DNA of 64,000 bases from Geosiphon pyriformis uo1. Taxonomy: Eukaryota; Fungi; Glomeromycota. Position numbers and translations under genes: made by a program. Shown here in pieces: positions 1-11,879 of the stretch (positions are counted from its first letter, which is position 1; every line of letters begins with the position of its first letter). The notes under the pieces were generated by a model, which did no database searches, had not been told where the DNA came from, and saw only the letters and a program-made list of their open reading frames with translations. Location of the stretch: assembly GCA_016748015.1 (NCBI GenBank), contig JAAOMT010000603.1, positions 91,008 through 155,007 of the forward strand. The letters run 5' to 3'.

Positions 1-179
1 GAGAGTCTCCAAATAGTTTTTAAGATTGTTGTAATTTCTGGAATCCATTGTTGTTTGGTTATTTTGTTGGTAAGTTGGTAAGTTGTGGTGGATTTGTTGT
101 TGGTATTAATTTTGTCTCATTTTTGAGAGACTATTAACATTGGTGTGTAGTTTTTCTAGTTTGTGGTGTACAATATATT

Positions 180-1360
180 TGTAGTCTGCTAGGAAATCAT
201 TCTATCGAGACTGTTTGGCACTTTGTTCAGTTTTCTTTTTATTGAGTCATTTGAGACCAATATTGTCAGTTATAATATCAAATTCTTTTCTATTCTTCAA
301 GTATTATTGAAAATGTTTGAGAACCCAAATAACTGCAATGGCTTCTAATTTGGTTAAGCCATATTTGAGTTCTGTTGGTTTGAGTGTTCTGTTGGCATAA
401 GCAATGACTTGTTCTTGGCCATTTTCATCCAATTGTGATAAGATAGCACCAAATGCTATATGTGAAGCATTAATGGCTAGTTGGAACCATTTGTTGAAGT
501 TTGGATAAGCAAGAACTGAAGCTGTTGTTAATTTTGTTTTGAAGATATTAAAGGCTTTCTGTTATTCTTTAGTCCATTGATATGGCATGTTTTTGTTGAT
601 AAAATAATTGAGTGGTTTGGCAATCTCTGAGAATTTTTTTATAAATTTCCAATAGTAGAAGGCTAATCTTACAAATCCTTGTAGTTCTGTGGTATTTCTG
701 GATATTTGAAAGTTTTTGACAGCATTGATTGTTCTAGGATTTGGTTGGACTTCATCTTTGCTAACAATGTGTCCAAGAAAGATTAAACTTGTTTTTCTAA
801 AGTGACATTTCTCAATGTTTAACTTTAATTCTGCTTTTCATAATTATTGAAAAACTTCTCCCAGATAAATAAGATGGGCTTTAAAGCTTGATGAGTATAC
901 ATCAGTGTTATTAAGATAGACAACTACTGATTGCCATAAGAGTCCTTCATATACAACATTTATGAATTGTTAAAATGTTGCTGGTACATTGCAGAATTTA
1001 AAAGGCATAACATTGAACTCATAGTTTCCTCCTTGGGTGGTAAATGCTGTTTTAGGTCTATCTTTTGGGTTCATTTCGACTTGCCAGTATCTACTTTCCA
1101 AGTCTAAAGTTGAGAAGAACTTGGCTTTTCCTAAAGCATTTAATATGTCATCAATTCTTGGAAAAGGATAGGCATCTCCAATTGTGACACTATTCAATTG
1201 TCAATAGTCAACACAAAATCTGATTTTTTTTTTTTGACAAGAACTACTAGTAAGGCCCAAGAACTTCTTGATGGTTGAATCAATTCATTATTAAGCATTC
1301 TTTGGGCCTCCTCTCTAATAAATTGGTGGCTAGCAGATGGAACTTGATAGACTTGTTGTC
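180..1360 (-). pseudogene. Element A reverse transcriptase + RNase H (disrupted)
   Basis: ORF 970-1197 has Gypsy RT motifs. The YLDD motif is decayed to VVYLNNT near 905-925. RNase H-like INASHIAFGAILSQ and VIAYANRTL near 390-475. Confidence 0.9.
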
Positions 1361-1946
1361 ATTTTGGTGGAGCATCTTTTGTGTGGATCTGATGTTGAAC
1401 AATATCAGTTTTTTCAAGGTCATTGTTGTCTTTTGCAAATAAATCTGCAAATTCAGCTATTAGCTGTTTCAATTGTCTTTGTTGTTGAGATTCGAAGGGA
1501 CCTATGTTGATTTGAAAGAGTTTTTCTTCCAAAAGGTGGTAGTTTTCTATAGTAAGAATGATGTTTGGATTTGGAAATAGTGTATGTCTTACAATTTCGA
1601 TGAAATTAGAGACAATTTGAGGGTTTTTATCTTGAAAGATATTACTATGTATTATTTCAATCTCTAATTTGTTCAATAAGACAATAGGGTAATTATTAGG
1701 ATTATAGAATGTAACTCAAAATTTTTCCATTCCTTTGGGAATATAAACATTTGGGATTAATATTTCATGCTTCAAACAGATTTATTCATTGGATTCAAAG
1801 ATTTGTTGGATAATGGTGGGTTTTGAGCAAGTGTAAATTTTGTGATATTCACTAAAAGATGAAATGGTAATTGGTTGAGAAAGTTGAAGAATCTGGTAAG
1901 ATTCATTCTGTGTATTGAGAGCTATGTTTATTGGAACTGTACATTA

Positions 1947-2378
1947 TTCAGTTGAACCAAAACCTTGTATTCCTCTTTTACTTTTTCCCAATTGTTTTCT
2001 GTTGTCAACTAATTGTAAACCCGAAATATTGATTAAAGGTAAGTAAATTGCTTGGGCAATTTTTTCAGTATGTTTAATCTTAAATGGTTTGTCTGTTTTA
2101 TTCTGCAACATGATGGTAATGTCTCCAGTATATCTTACATCTATGACTCCTCCTCTAATGTTGATTTTTTTGCTTGCCAATAATGATTTAAATGCAATTT
2201 GAACCATTGCTCCAGGTGGAATTTCAAAAGTGATTTTGAGATTGATTTTTGTCAAGAACTTTGGTTGGAGAACCAAAGTATCTTTTTCTGGATATCTTAG
2301 ATCATATTCAGCATCAATTTCGTGTGCTTTTTTTGGTTTAATTCTTTGGCCATGGTTGTCAAAATATTTGAGTTGTAG
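1947..2378 (-). pseudogene. Element A dUTPase domain
   Basis: All five dUTPase motifs recognisable: AEYDL, FKSLLA (RSS-like), GVIDVRYTG, KIAQ, RGIQGFGST. Confidence 0.92.
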
Positions 2379-3299
2379 AGATAGTTGATTTTCAAAAAAA
2401 TAGATGGGAGTAGTTGGTAGTTCTTCTATTAGTTCAGATACTCCAAATTCAATTTCTTTTTTATTATTCTTATTTGGCAGAGGAATACTAAGAGCATAGC
2501 ATTCTAAACACCATTGGTTATCACAAGACATAACATATTCTTCACATAATTGAATGTTTATTTGCTCTAATTGTTGAATTTGAGCTTCTTTGGTTGAATA
2601 TGTATGACTTGCAATTTGGTGGTAGGTTTCTACTTCATTTTTATAATCAAATCCAGCTAATTCTATAGTATACTCAATATATTCAGCTTCTTTTATTTGG
2701 TGGACATCTTCTTGGGTGGCTTCATTGATTAATGCTATTGCTAAGTCAAAAATTATTTTAGCATTATGAGGGTAGTGGTAAAGTTTATTGAAAGCACTGT
2801 TGTATGCTGCATCAAATAGTGTTTTTCTTCTGACTTTTTCCGAAATTGATAGAGCATATTGGCAGGTTTGATCACATACTTCTTTTCTCATTGCAACATT
2901 AATCCAGTTGTATTCTTCTGGTAGCATATCTTCACATGTGAGGCAAAGAGTGTTGTCCCATTTTCTACTCCTTTTTAGGGATCCAAATCATTCTTTATAG
3001 CATGCTTTGCGAAAGTAGCAGATGCGAATTCATATTCCTCTTCTGAAAAAATACATGCTCTTATTGATAAAAGTTTTTTGTTGCAATCTTTGCATTTGAG
3101 TGGAATGTAAGGTGGTTTTTTTTGTGGTTTTGGTGTGGAATACCTAACTTTCTTCCATCCTCTTGATTCTTCAAAAATCTCCTGTTCTGTTTTCTCAGTC
3201 CAATTGGATGTTAATCCAAGTGCCATATAAGTTTTAGTAAGTAGCATTTCCTTTTTCTTCTCAAATTCAAACACTGGAGCTTTTTTCAATTGTTTGTTA

Positions 3300-3660
3300 A
3301 AAGTACCATAAGTAGCAAGTACTATGGTGTATTATCCTTGATATGAGATTTTAAGTTTTTGAGTTTCCCAATCTAACTTTGCATTGGTCTTGAGAAGCCA
3401 ATTATTTCTGATAAGAGCTTGGTATTAGGATACATCTATGACTAGAACTTTGACTGGAATGATGATTCCATCAATAGTAAATAGGAAATTGTCAATTTCT
3501 CCTACTGGTGTTTTTTTCATACCATCTGCTGTAACAATTACTGTTTAAGCTGGTCTGTCAACATTTCAATTGAGTTGTTGCATTAATTGGTAGGTGATAA
3601 TACTTCCAGCTAATCTACTGTTTAAGATTAGCCAAATTGGTTTTTCTTCTACTGTAGCTT
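3300..3660 (-). pseudogene. Element A aspartic protease (disrupted)
   Basis: IWLILNSRLAGSII is the decayed LILDSG motif, followed by IVTADG..K.PVG.I and a downstream L..N.WL motif. Confidence 0.8.
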
Positions 3661-3879
3661 CAGTGTATATGGCAGTGATAGCTTTTTGTTCATTAACTGC
3701 TGTATTATTAAGCAAAAATGGTGATTCATTTGCTTCAAATTCAAATGGGAATATATCTGAGAAGTTGGCATTTTGGGCAATTTGGGCTAATAGAATAGTA
3801 TTGTTGGAAGAATTTGATTTTAGTGCTGCAATTTTACCTTCAGAAAGTGCAGATTGTTGAAAATTTGATCTTTCAGGCA

Positions 3880-6110
3880 TTATAAGATAACTGGATTGAG
3901 TGTGGTAGTGATTGGGTCTTTGTTGACCAGAATTTCAGAGAACTAACTGGTTATTTGAGTTGATTCTGTTGTTGTTATTCTGAAATTGATTTTGAGGTGT
4001 GAATTGGTTATGTTAAATCAATCTTTTGGCTGATACTTAATATTGTTGAGTGGGTGGTGTTTGATATTGCTGAATTAGTAAAGGTTGCTGATATTGTTGC
4101 TGCATTGGTTGTGGGGCTGGTTAATAGTAACTGTTTTAATTTTGTGGTCTTGGTAAATAATAAGTTGGTGGTGGAAGTTGGTAGTAAGATTGTTGTAATG
4201 GAGGATAATGTTGATTATTCCTGTTTTGTTGGTCTTTTTGTAATTTTCTATAATCTTGTTTCTAGTGTTCTGAGATTCCACAATAATGACAATTTTGAAG
4301 TTGGTTGTTAGATGATAATCCAAAGTTGTTTTGGTTGCATTATTGTAATGGTTAATATTTTTGTGGTTGCTGCTGCTGTTGTTGTTGATTGGTAAAATAG
4401 TTTTCAATCTTTTTTGTAAGTTGATTTATTTTTTCTTTAGCTACTGAGCTGGTTTTTCTAATAGCTAGGTTGACAAGTTTGGTGTGGTTTGCTTCTTTCA
4501 TTGCTATTTCATAGTTCTTTGCATGTTTAATGGCAGTTACTAAGTCTGCTAGTGCATGTAGACAGACTTTTTTAATCAATTTGTCCTTTAATCCTGCTAT
4601 AAACTGATCCAGAATCTGAGCATTAGAATAATAATTATTGGTTTCCAATTGTCAAATTTGTCAAAGAAGTTTGTTGAATCTCCTAAGATAGGTTATGACA
4701 GTTTCAGATGTTTCTTGTTTAATATTGCAGAAGCAATTGCGAAGAGTAATAAAGGTGTTGTTGTCAGTGAATTATTGTAAGAAAGCATCTTTGAATGCTT
4801 GCCAGTTTTCAAATGGTTCTTCTAAGTTTTCAAACTATTCTCCTGTAGTTCCTTGGAGAAAGTATGGAATTGCTTTGAGTATTCTTGTTGCATTCCAACC
4901 ATTTGCATCTCCTGCTTTCTGGGCTTTGTTAAGCCATTCTTGAGAACTGGTATTATTGTCTTTACCAGTGAATTCTGGGATTTTTGCAATATAAACAGTT
5001 GCTATTTTTTCTTCATTTTCTATAGTTTCTTCTTGTTCTGATTCAGTTTTTTTACTTTCCAAGTTTTCTGAATGATTACTTTCATTTTTCTGTAAGTACT
5101 CAATAATATTGGTGCTTGTTGATATGAGTTTCTGCTGTTAAGTAAGATTTCTAAGTAATTGAAAATCTTCTAGTCTGGAGAAACAGTTAAGTGGTGAATT
5201 TGGTGTTTGTGGTTGAGCAAATAAAATTGGAAATGGTGTAATAGAAAGTGGTAATTTGATACTGGTTCCTTGTTCAGGTGTTTGTAAGTGTTTGGTAATT
5301 GTTTTTGGTAGTGTTAGAGTGTTTGGAGTGGTTCTTGAGTATTGTTTCACTTTTTGTTTGTCTTTGTTGTTTGTTTCTGTTTCTGATTCAAAGTCAAAAG
5401 AGTATTTGGATTGTACTAAATATTTTTCTTCACAATACTCAAAAATATTAAAATTAAGTTTTTGGAAGTAGGTAGCAAGTGTTTTATTGTTCAGGTCTTC
5501 TGTTCCCAATTGTGAATAGTGCACTAAATTTTTGTAGAAATTGTTTCTGACTTCTGAAATGTTGTAGTTTCCAAAAAGAGTGGTTGAGCAAATAAAATTG
5601 GAAATGGTGTAATAGAAAGTGGTAATTTGATACTGGTTCCTTGTTCAGGTGTTTGTAAGTGTTTGGTAATTGTTTTTGGTAGTGTTAGAGTGTTTGGAGT
5701 GGTTCTTGAGTATTGTTTCACTTTTTGTTTGTCTTTGTTGTTTGTTTCTGTTTCTGATTCAAAGTCAAAAGAGTATTTGGATTGTACTAAATATTTTTCT
5801 TCACAATACTCAAAAATATTAAAATTAAGTTTTTGGAAGTAGGTAGCAAGTGTTTTATTGTTCAGGTCTTCTGTTCCCAATTGTGAATAGTGCACTAAAT
5901 TTTTGTAGAAATTGTTTCTGACTTCTGAAATGTTGTAGTTTCCAAAAAGATAGTTGTTGAGGCAATTTTCAATATATTAGTATACTGATTTTTTGACAAC
6001 TTCAATTCCGTCTGGGATGTTGAATCTTTGCTTGCAATGAGTGTAAATTGACTAATAATACTCTAGAGTTGTTGTGTCTGGTGTGGTCACCACTTTGAAT
6101 TTGTTGTTAC
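3880..6110 (-). pseudogene. Element A gag (disrupted)
   Basis: IAKIPEFTGKD..QEWL..AGDANGW..AIPYFLQGT and QILDQFIAGLKDKL are typical retrotransposon gag/capsid motifs. Confidence 0.85.
5209..5950. repeat. Perfect 371-bp tandem duplication (5209-5579 / 5580-5950)
   Basis: Identical ORFs offset by 371 nt (5256/5627; 5524/5895). No mismatches seen by eye. Confidence 0.95.
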
Positions 6111-6120
6111 TATATTATTT

Positions 6121-6136
6121 CTGTGGGAGAGCACCA
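6121..6136 (-). promoter_or_regulatory. Primer binding site of element A (TGGTGCTCTCCCACAG)
   Basis: Starts with TGG (complement of tRNA CCA), 2 nt after the LTR end. Confidence 0.75.
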
Positions 6137-6138
6137 AA

Positions 6139-7111
6139 TGTTACCCGAGGTTTTTGGTCTTTTTTCTTGAATGTTGTTAATGTTGATTTGCTGTGAATTT
6201 ACGTTTCCAGGAAGTAGTTGGACCTCCAGTAACTGAATTTATTTTCAAATTATCTCTTATAATTTGAACTGCTGGGCTTATAAGTAGAATGGCCAATTCC
6301 TTGCTAGTTACTTTATGTAGTTACATTGTAGTAAACATCAACTCTTTTCCAGGAATTGCTTGTCTGAAAGCTCATTAAAAATGTGTAGTTACTTTGCTGT
6401 AAAAGTCAACTTTTCTACAGGAATCTCGTCTGTAAGCTACCCTAATGATTATGATAAGAAAAGAAAGAAAAATAAAAGAAATATAAAATAAATAGGAATT
6501 TTATCAAGGAAAACGTTTTCTATCCAGGCCTGGAGTCACTAACAGTTTATTGAAATTGGTAGCTAATCAATTTCAAAACGTTAGTTGTGTTGAGAGAATT
6601 TCAAATGTAATAATTAAAAAATTTGGTTTTCGAATATTTAATTTTTTATTTGATATGTGTAAAAGGTGATTTGTTTTAATTAAGATATCTAAAGTAGGAT
6701 ACTATGGTAAAATACTATGAGAAGATACATTTTCTTGAAGAGAAAAACTTTTCTTTTATACAACTTGTTATAGTACTAGTCTTTGAACTTGCACTTTTCT
6801 TTTTGTTATAATTTGGGTAAACTAAAAATACATTTTGGCAAACTACAAGTTATTTTACTGAACTATTGATTATTTCGGCCAATTTTCATTAATTTCGGCG
6901 AATTTTGACTATGTTAAATGGTTCAGAGTATTGTGTAATTTGATCATCTTAATTTCTAGAGTACAAATCGGATTATTGATTGAGTAATGATATTTGATAA
7001 TTTGATTAAATAATAAATAATAATTGAAATAATAATAATATATGCTAATTAATAATAGGAATTATGAGAGTAATTTTGTGTTAATTAATAGCTAGAATTC
7101 TACTGGTAACA
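6139..7111 (-). repeat. 5' LTR of element A (about 973 bp)
   Basis: TGTTAC...GTAACA termini. Its first 73 nt recur in plus orientation at 41255-41327. The right flank is element B RT sequence. Confidence 0.85.
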
Positions 7112-10100
7112 GTACCAACAAATTTTACAGAATTAAGAGTATTCTTGGGATTCATTAGATATTATTGCCACTTTATTCAAAATTTTTTCAAATTGGCTTA
7201 ACCACTTTACCAACTCCAAGCCAAGAATGTGAAATACAAATAGACTGAAGCTCAGCAAGAAGCTTTTGAAATTTTAAGAAAAAAGCTTATTTAAGCACCA
7301 GTATTAATTTATTCAGACTATAGCAAACTATTTATTATTACCACTAATGCATTTGGTTAAACATTAGAAGCTGTACTATTTTAGAGAAGACTGGATAGAT
7401 GAAAACATGTAATAGCATATACCAGCCAAAGTTTAAGTTCAGCAGAAAAAAACTATAGAACATCAGCACTAAAACACTTAGCTATCTATTGAGCAGTCAT
7501 AAAATAGAAAAAGTATTTAAGCCAAAAATTTGACATATACATAAATCACAAAAAATTGACATCAATTCAGAAGCAAAAATTTGGAGATAACTGCCATATC
7601 AGATAAAAAATAGAACTTTTATTATTCAAATATACTGTACATTATAAAAAGGGAAAAAAAATGGAAATGCTAACAGTTTGTTATGAATGAAACAAATCTA
7701 AGAACATTTTAGAACTAAAAATATAATAAAAGATGAATACACAAAAATATCAACAACTTCAACACTATATTAATACTTAGCAGTTCAAAAAAAAATTATC
7801 TCAAAAGAAATAAAACAGCATAAAACAACAATTCAAATATTTTATCACTTACCAAAATATACTATATCGGAAAAACAGAAAGGATCTAGATTAATCATTC
7901 AGAATAATCACAGAACCAGAAAAAGAAACAATACTATACAACATGTATTCAAATCTGACAGCAGAATATTTTTATAAAGAAACAACCATGAAAAGAACCA
8001 GAAAAAGATATTATTAGCTATTAATATATTTAAACATCATTTAATATGTTCAAAATTGTAATACTTATCAGAAAAAAAGAGGAACAAAACTCAGTAAACC
8101 ACTAAGACCAATTAAAATAAGACAACCATTTAATAGAATCAGAATCAACTTAGTCAGATCATTAACAATAACCAGCAGAAACAATCATTATATAGTAATA
8201 GCCATGAACTATCTCACAAAATAGCCAAAAGTGAAAGCAATTCAAAAAGCAGATACAGAATTCATAACTGAATTCATTCACCAAAATCTGATTTGTTGAC
8301 ATAAATGTTCAAAAAAATTGCTATTAGATCAAGAAACTTATTTTATAAACAGAATATTAACAAAATTAAGCCAAAAATTTGAAATTAAAAGACTATTATT
8401 ATTACTATATCATCTACAAACAAACAATTTAGTAAAAAGATTCAACAGAACATTATGTAAAGCAATTGCCAAAATCAGTCAAAAAAACCAGAATGAATAG
8501 AATTTGTTTATATCATTAATACTATTTGCTTATTGACAATAAAGCAAAATACCATACAAATAACACCATTTGAACTTGTTTATAATAGAACAGCAATATT
8601 ATCAGTTGAGATAAAAGTCAATATGTATCCAACTGAACCAATAAATAAAGCCAATTTTCAAAAAATATTGCTAAGAAGAACATACAAACTAATGAAAACA
8701 TTAGAAAACAAAAGACAAAAAACAGCAGATAACATTTAAAGATTACAAAAAAAAACAAAAAAAATAACATAATAACCAATTACCAGATAAACCAGTTGAA
8801 TTCAGGATTGAAGACAAAGTATTCTTATATTATACCAAAACAGAAAAACAATGGAGTGGAAAATTTGACCCCAAATAAGATAAACTATTTTACATAGAAA
8901 AAATTCTAAGAAATAAAGCTTATAAATTAAGATAAGACAACAAAATCTTAGTTAAAGCAGCATATAAAAATTGACTAAAACCATATTACAATACAGCATC
9001 ATTATTTACCAGTAATATTTCACAACTGAGAGTACAATAAATACTAGTCTGACTAGATAAAATTCCACAAGATTTGAAACCAATTATAGTTATTAATACA
9101 AACATGTTAAACTAACTAATCAGAACAATATATAAAGACACAATATATATGACAAAAGCAAAAATAAGATGAAAATCACTGACAACATCTACTTACTTGC
9201 AAAACAACTATTCTAATTAATTCAACAACAAAACATGAAAATCACAATCAACCAACAAACCATTTAGTACAAAGAAAATAAAAATAAAAAAAACCAATAC
9301 AAAGGAAACAGAAAACCAGAAAACACTATAAACAAGATAATAGCAAAAGTAAAGTTGTTAGTGGAAATACCAGAAACAGTTACATTATATCAAAAATTGA
9401 CAATAAAAACTTGGAATTAGTAGATACAACAATTTTCAAAAAACTTTTATTACTATTATTTGGGACAAAACTTAAATATTCAGAACTTATACACAGATAA
9501 AACAAAATAGTTATTCAATACAACAATACTATAACAACTTAAACAATTTATGAGAAAGAACAATCTATCCACACAGACATAAACCATATATTGAATACAC
9601 ACAGGATTTTAAGATTGACTAGCAATATTACTTAATTTAGTAATAGATACAATTAATATTAACCAATTAGAAAAAATAACCAATGTCCAATTTAAAGAAT
9701 TACAAATCAAAATAACCCAAGTAATTCTTAAAAAAGAAATACAAAAGTTAATCAAAGATAGAAAGTTAAAAAAAACAAGAGATTTTGACAGAGCTCAAAA
9801 TTAAAAAGAGGGAATAATGTTACTCATAGAATATAGGAATCATATATTAGTACATAAATTAACCAATCAGAATAAGATATAGTAAAAAGTGAAATTCCAG
9901 AAATTTTTTTTTTGAGGAATTGCAAGATTCCAAAATGTCTGGCTAAAAAATAGAAGAATTCAAAGAATTTTATACAATGAAATTTATGTATATATAGCAG
10001 TAGTATTAGAAGCAGAAAAAAGAATTCTTAAGTTTTTAGAACCACCAAGTTCTAACATTCTATATTAATAAAATACTTATTTCAATCATAATCTATTATC

Positions 10101-10583
10101 TACTATTAAAACTTCATGTTAATAGCAATTGATATTTAACTACACTAGACCAATAGCTCTTGATCATGACTATTGATGAAATACTAACTTTTCTTGTCTT
10201 GGCTCTTATCTTTATCTTCTTTTCTTTTCATTTCTTTTGTTTATGTTGTTTATTATTGACTAATTAATTAAAAAGTAACATGCAGAGTTATCAACATTAA
10301 AGTAACTGGTAAAAGACCCAAAAATAAGAGTAAAACACTCAAGGATTAAGGATAGCTTACCAGAAGAATTATTAGCCATTATACTGAGAAAAAAATTTGA
10401 TGGAATTGTGATTTTAAAAAGCTATAAATAAAACTACTATTGAAATTTTGTTTATTATACAAAGAGCTTAAACCAAAACCTTTAAATACTAAAACTTTTA
10501 GATAATACCAATTATATTAGCTATTAAGCACCAAGTTATGGGTTTGTTATTTGATTTAAAACTTTAAATAATTATCTGTAACA
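7112..10583 (+). mobile_element. Gypsy element B 3' half (RT C-terminus, RNase H, integrase, ORF3, PPT, 3' LTR), interrupted by element A
   Basis: VPTNFTELRVFLGF at 7112. Integrase (LLDQETYF..N, QTNNLVKRFN, TPFELVY). PPT AAAAAGAGGGAATAA at 9803-9817. Strong G->A decay. Confidence 0.92.
9818..10583 (+). repeat. 3' LTR of element B (same LTR family as C)
   Basis: TGTTACTCATAGAATATAGG...GTAACA, homologous to the reverse complement of the C LTRs. Confidence 0.88.
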
Positions 10584-11117
10584 GTGTTTTCTTGTTGTTC
10601 ATCAAATACTAGGACTTATATAGTTGTATGCAAGAGATTTGTGCTAAAAAATTGATGTGCAGAGGCCATTGGAATTTTTAATAACAAAAAAAGGCCACCT
10701 CTGCTGTTGTTAATTTTGTGAGGTATCTGGTAGAGTTATATTATTTTAGGGTCTGACTGGTAAGATCTAAGTTTAAAGTTGATATGAAAAAGGCTGGCTT
10801 TATTGAAAATAATAGTATAATATCAGATTTGTCATATAGTTTGGCACCAATGCTATCAAATAGTGTGGTTAGAATGCTTAATATTATTGAGTTTTTTGCT
10901 GTTAGTTTTGGCCATTATAGACTGTGCTTTTTTTTTGGTCTAAATAGTAATATAAGTGTATAGTGTTGCTTTATTTGGTCTAAGTGATTAGTCATATGTA
11001 GTAAGTACATAAGTTATGTTTAGTTTGGGCCACTTAGTTTGGTTCTATATATTAGATAGTGATTGGGCTTTACTTATTAAAATACTTTAATAAAAAAATA
11101 AAAAAAATAAAAAAAAT
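10584..11117 (+). mobile_element. 3' end of a LINE (ORF2 C-terminus, 3' UTR and A-rich tail)
   Basis: Homologous to 40900-41250 (ATATGTAGTAAGTACATAAG..TGTTTAGTTTG), followed by an A-rich run at about 11090-11117. Confidence 0.75.
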
Positions 11118-11879
11118 ACCTTTTTTAAATAAAATAATAATAAACCAGTTTTCATTAACTTTAAAATATTATTTTTGTTTTTAGTTAAAAGTTTTTTTAA
11201 AATATTTATTAAAAATCAATAATTAGATTATTTTTTTTGTTGTTTTTCTTTTATTATTGTTTAAATAATTAAAAAAACCAAGTTAATTAAAAAACAATTT
11301 TTTTAAAATGTTAAAAAGTTTTTTTTTGGTGTTTTTGGTATTAATTTTAATGTTTTAAAGTCTGTTTTTTTTTTAAAAAATAAAACTTGGATTTTTTCTG
11401 TTTTTTTTAATTTTTTTGTTAGTTTATATTATTTGTATTAATTATAATACTTGATTTTATTATAATTATTAATTTTAAATGTAAAATAAATTATGTTTTT
11501 ATATATAATTTTATTTAATTAACTTATTAAATTACTTAATTTCCAAAATTAAGTTAATTAAATAGAAATTAAATATTTTTTTCTGTTTTTTAATGATATT
11601 GTTTTTAATAATACTTAAAAAATAATTATTATTAAAAAATTTTTAAGTAAATAATTTTTATTTTAATATTTAATGTTTTATTAAGATTAAATTGCTTATT
11701 TTAAAATTGTTTTTTAAATTTTATTAATATAAAGTTGGTTTTTAAAAATAATATTAAGCTATTTTATATAAAGTTTATATTTTAAGTTTTTTTTGTTATT
11801 AAAATTTAGGTTTTTTATTTTTTATTTTTGTTATTTTAAAGATTAATAAATTTTTTATTATATTTGCTATAATTTTTGT

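Larger units (their letters stand above)
1..7111 (-). mobile_element. Ty3/Gypsy LTR retrotransposon A (5' part; runs off the window start), degenerate, dUTPase-bearing
   Basis: Minus-strand order: LTR, PBS, gag, protease, Cys-rich region, dUTPase, RT (DAYPFPRIDDIL, FSTLDLES.YWQV, KTAFTT, MPF), RNase H. Many stops and frameshifts. Confidence 0.95.

Noticed and set aside
1944-2927. Stand-alone host dUTPase gene
   Set aside because: It is embedded in frame in the retrotransposon polyprotein and recurs at the same position in three elements.
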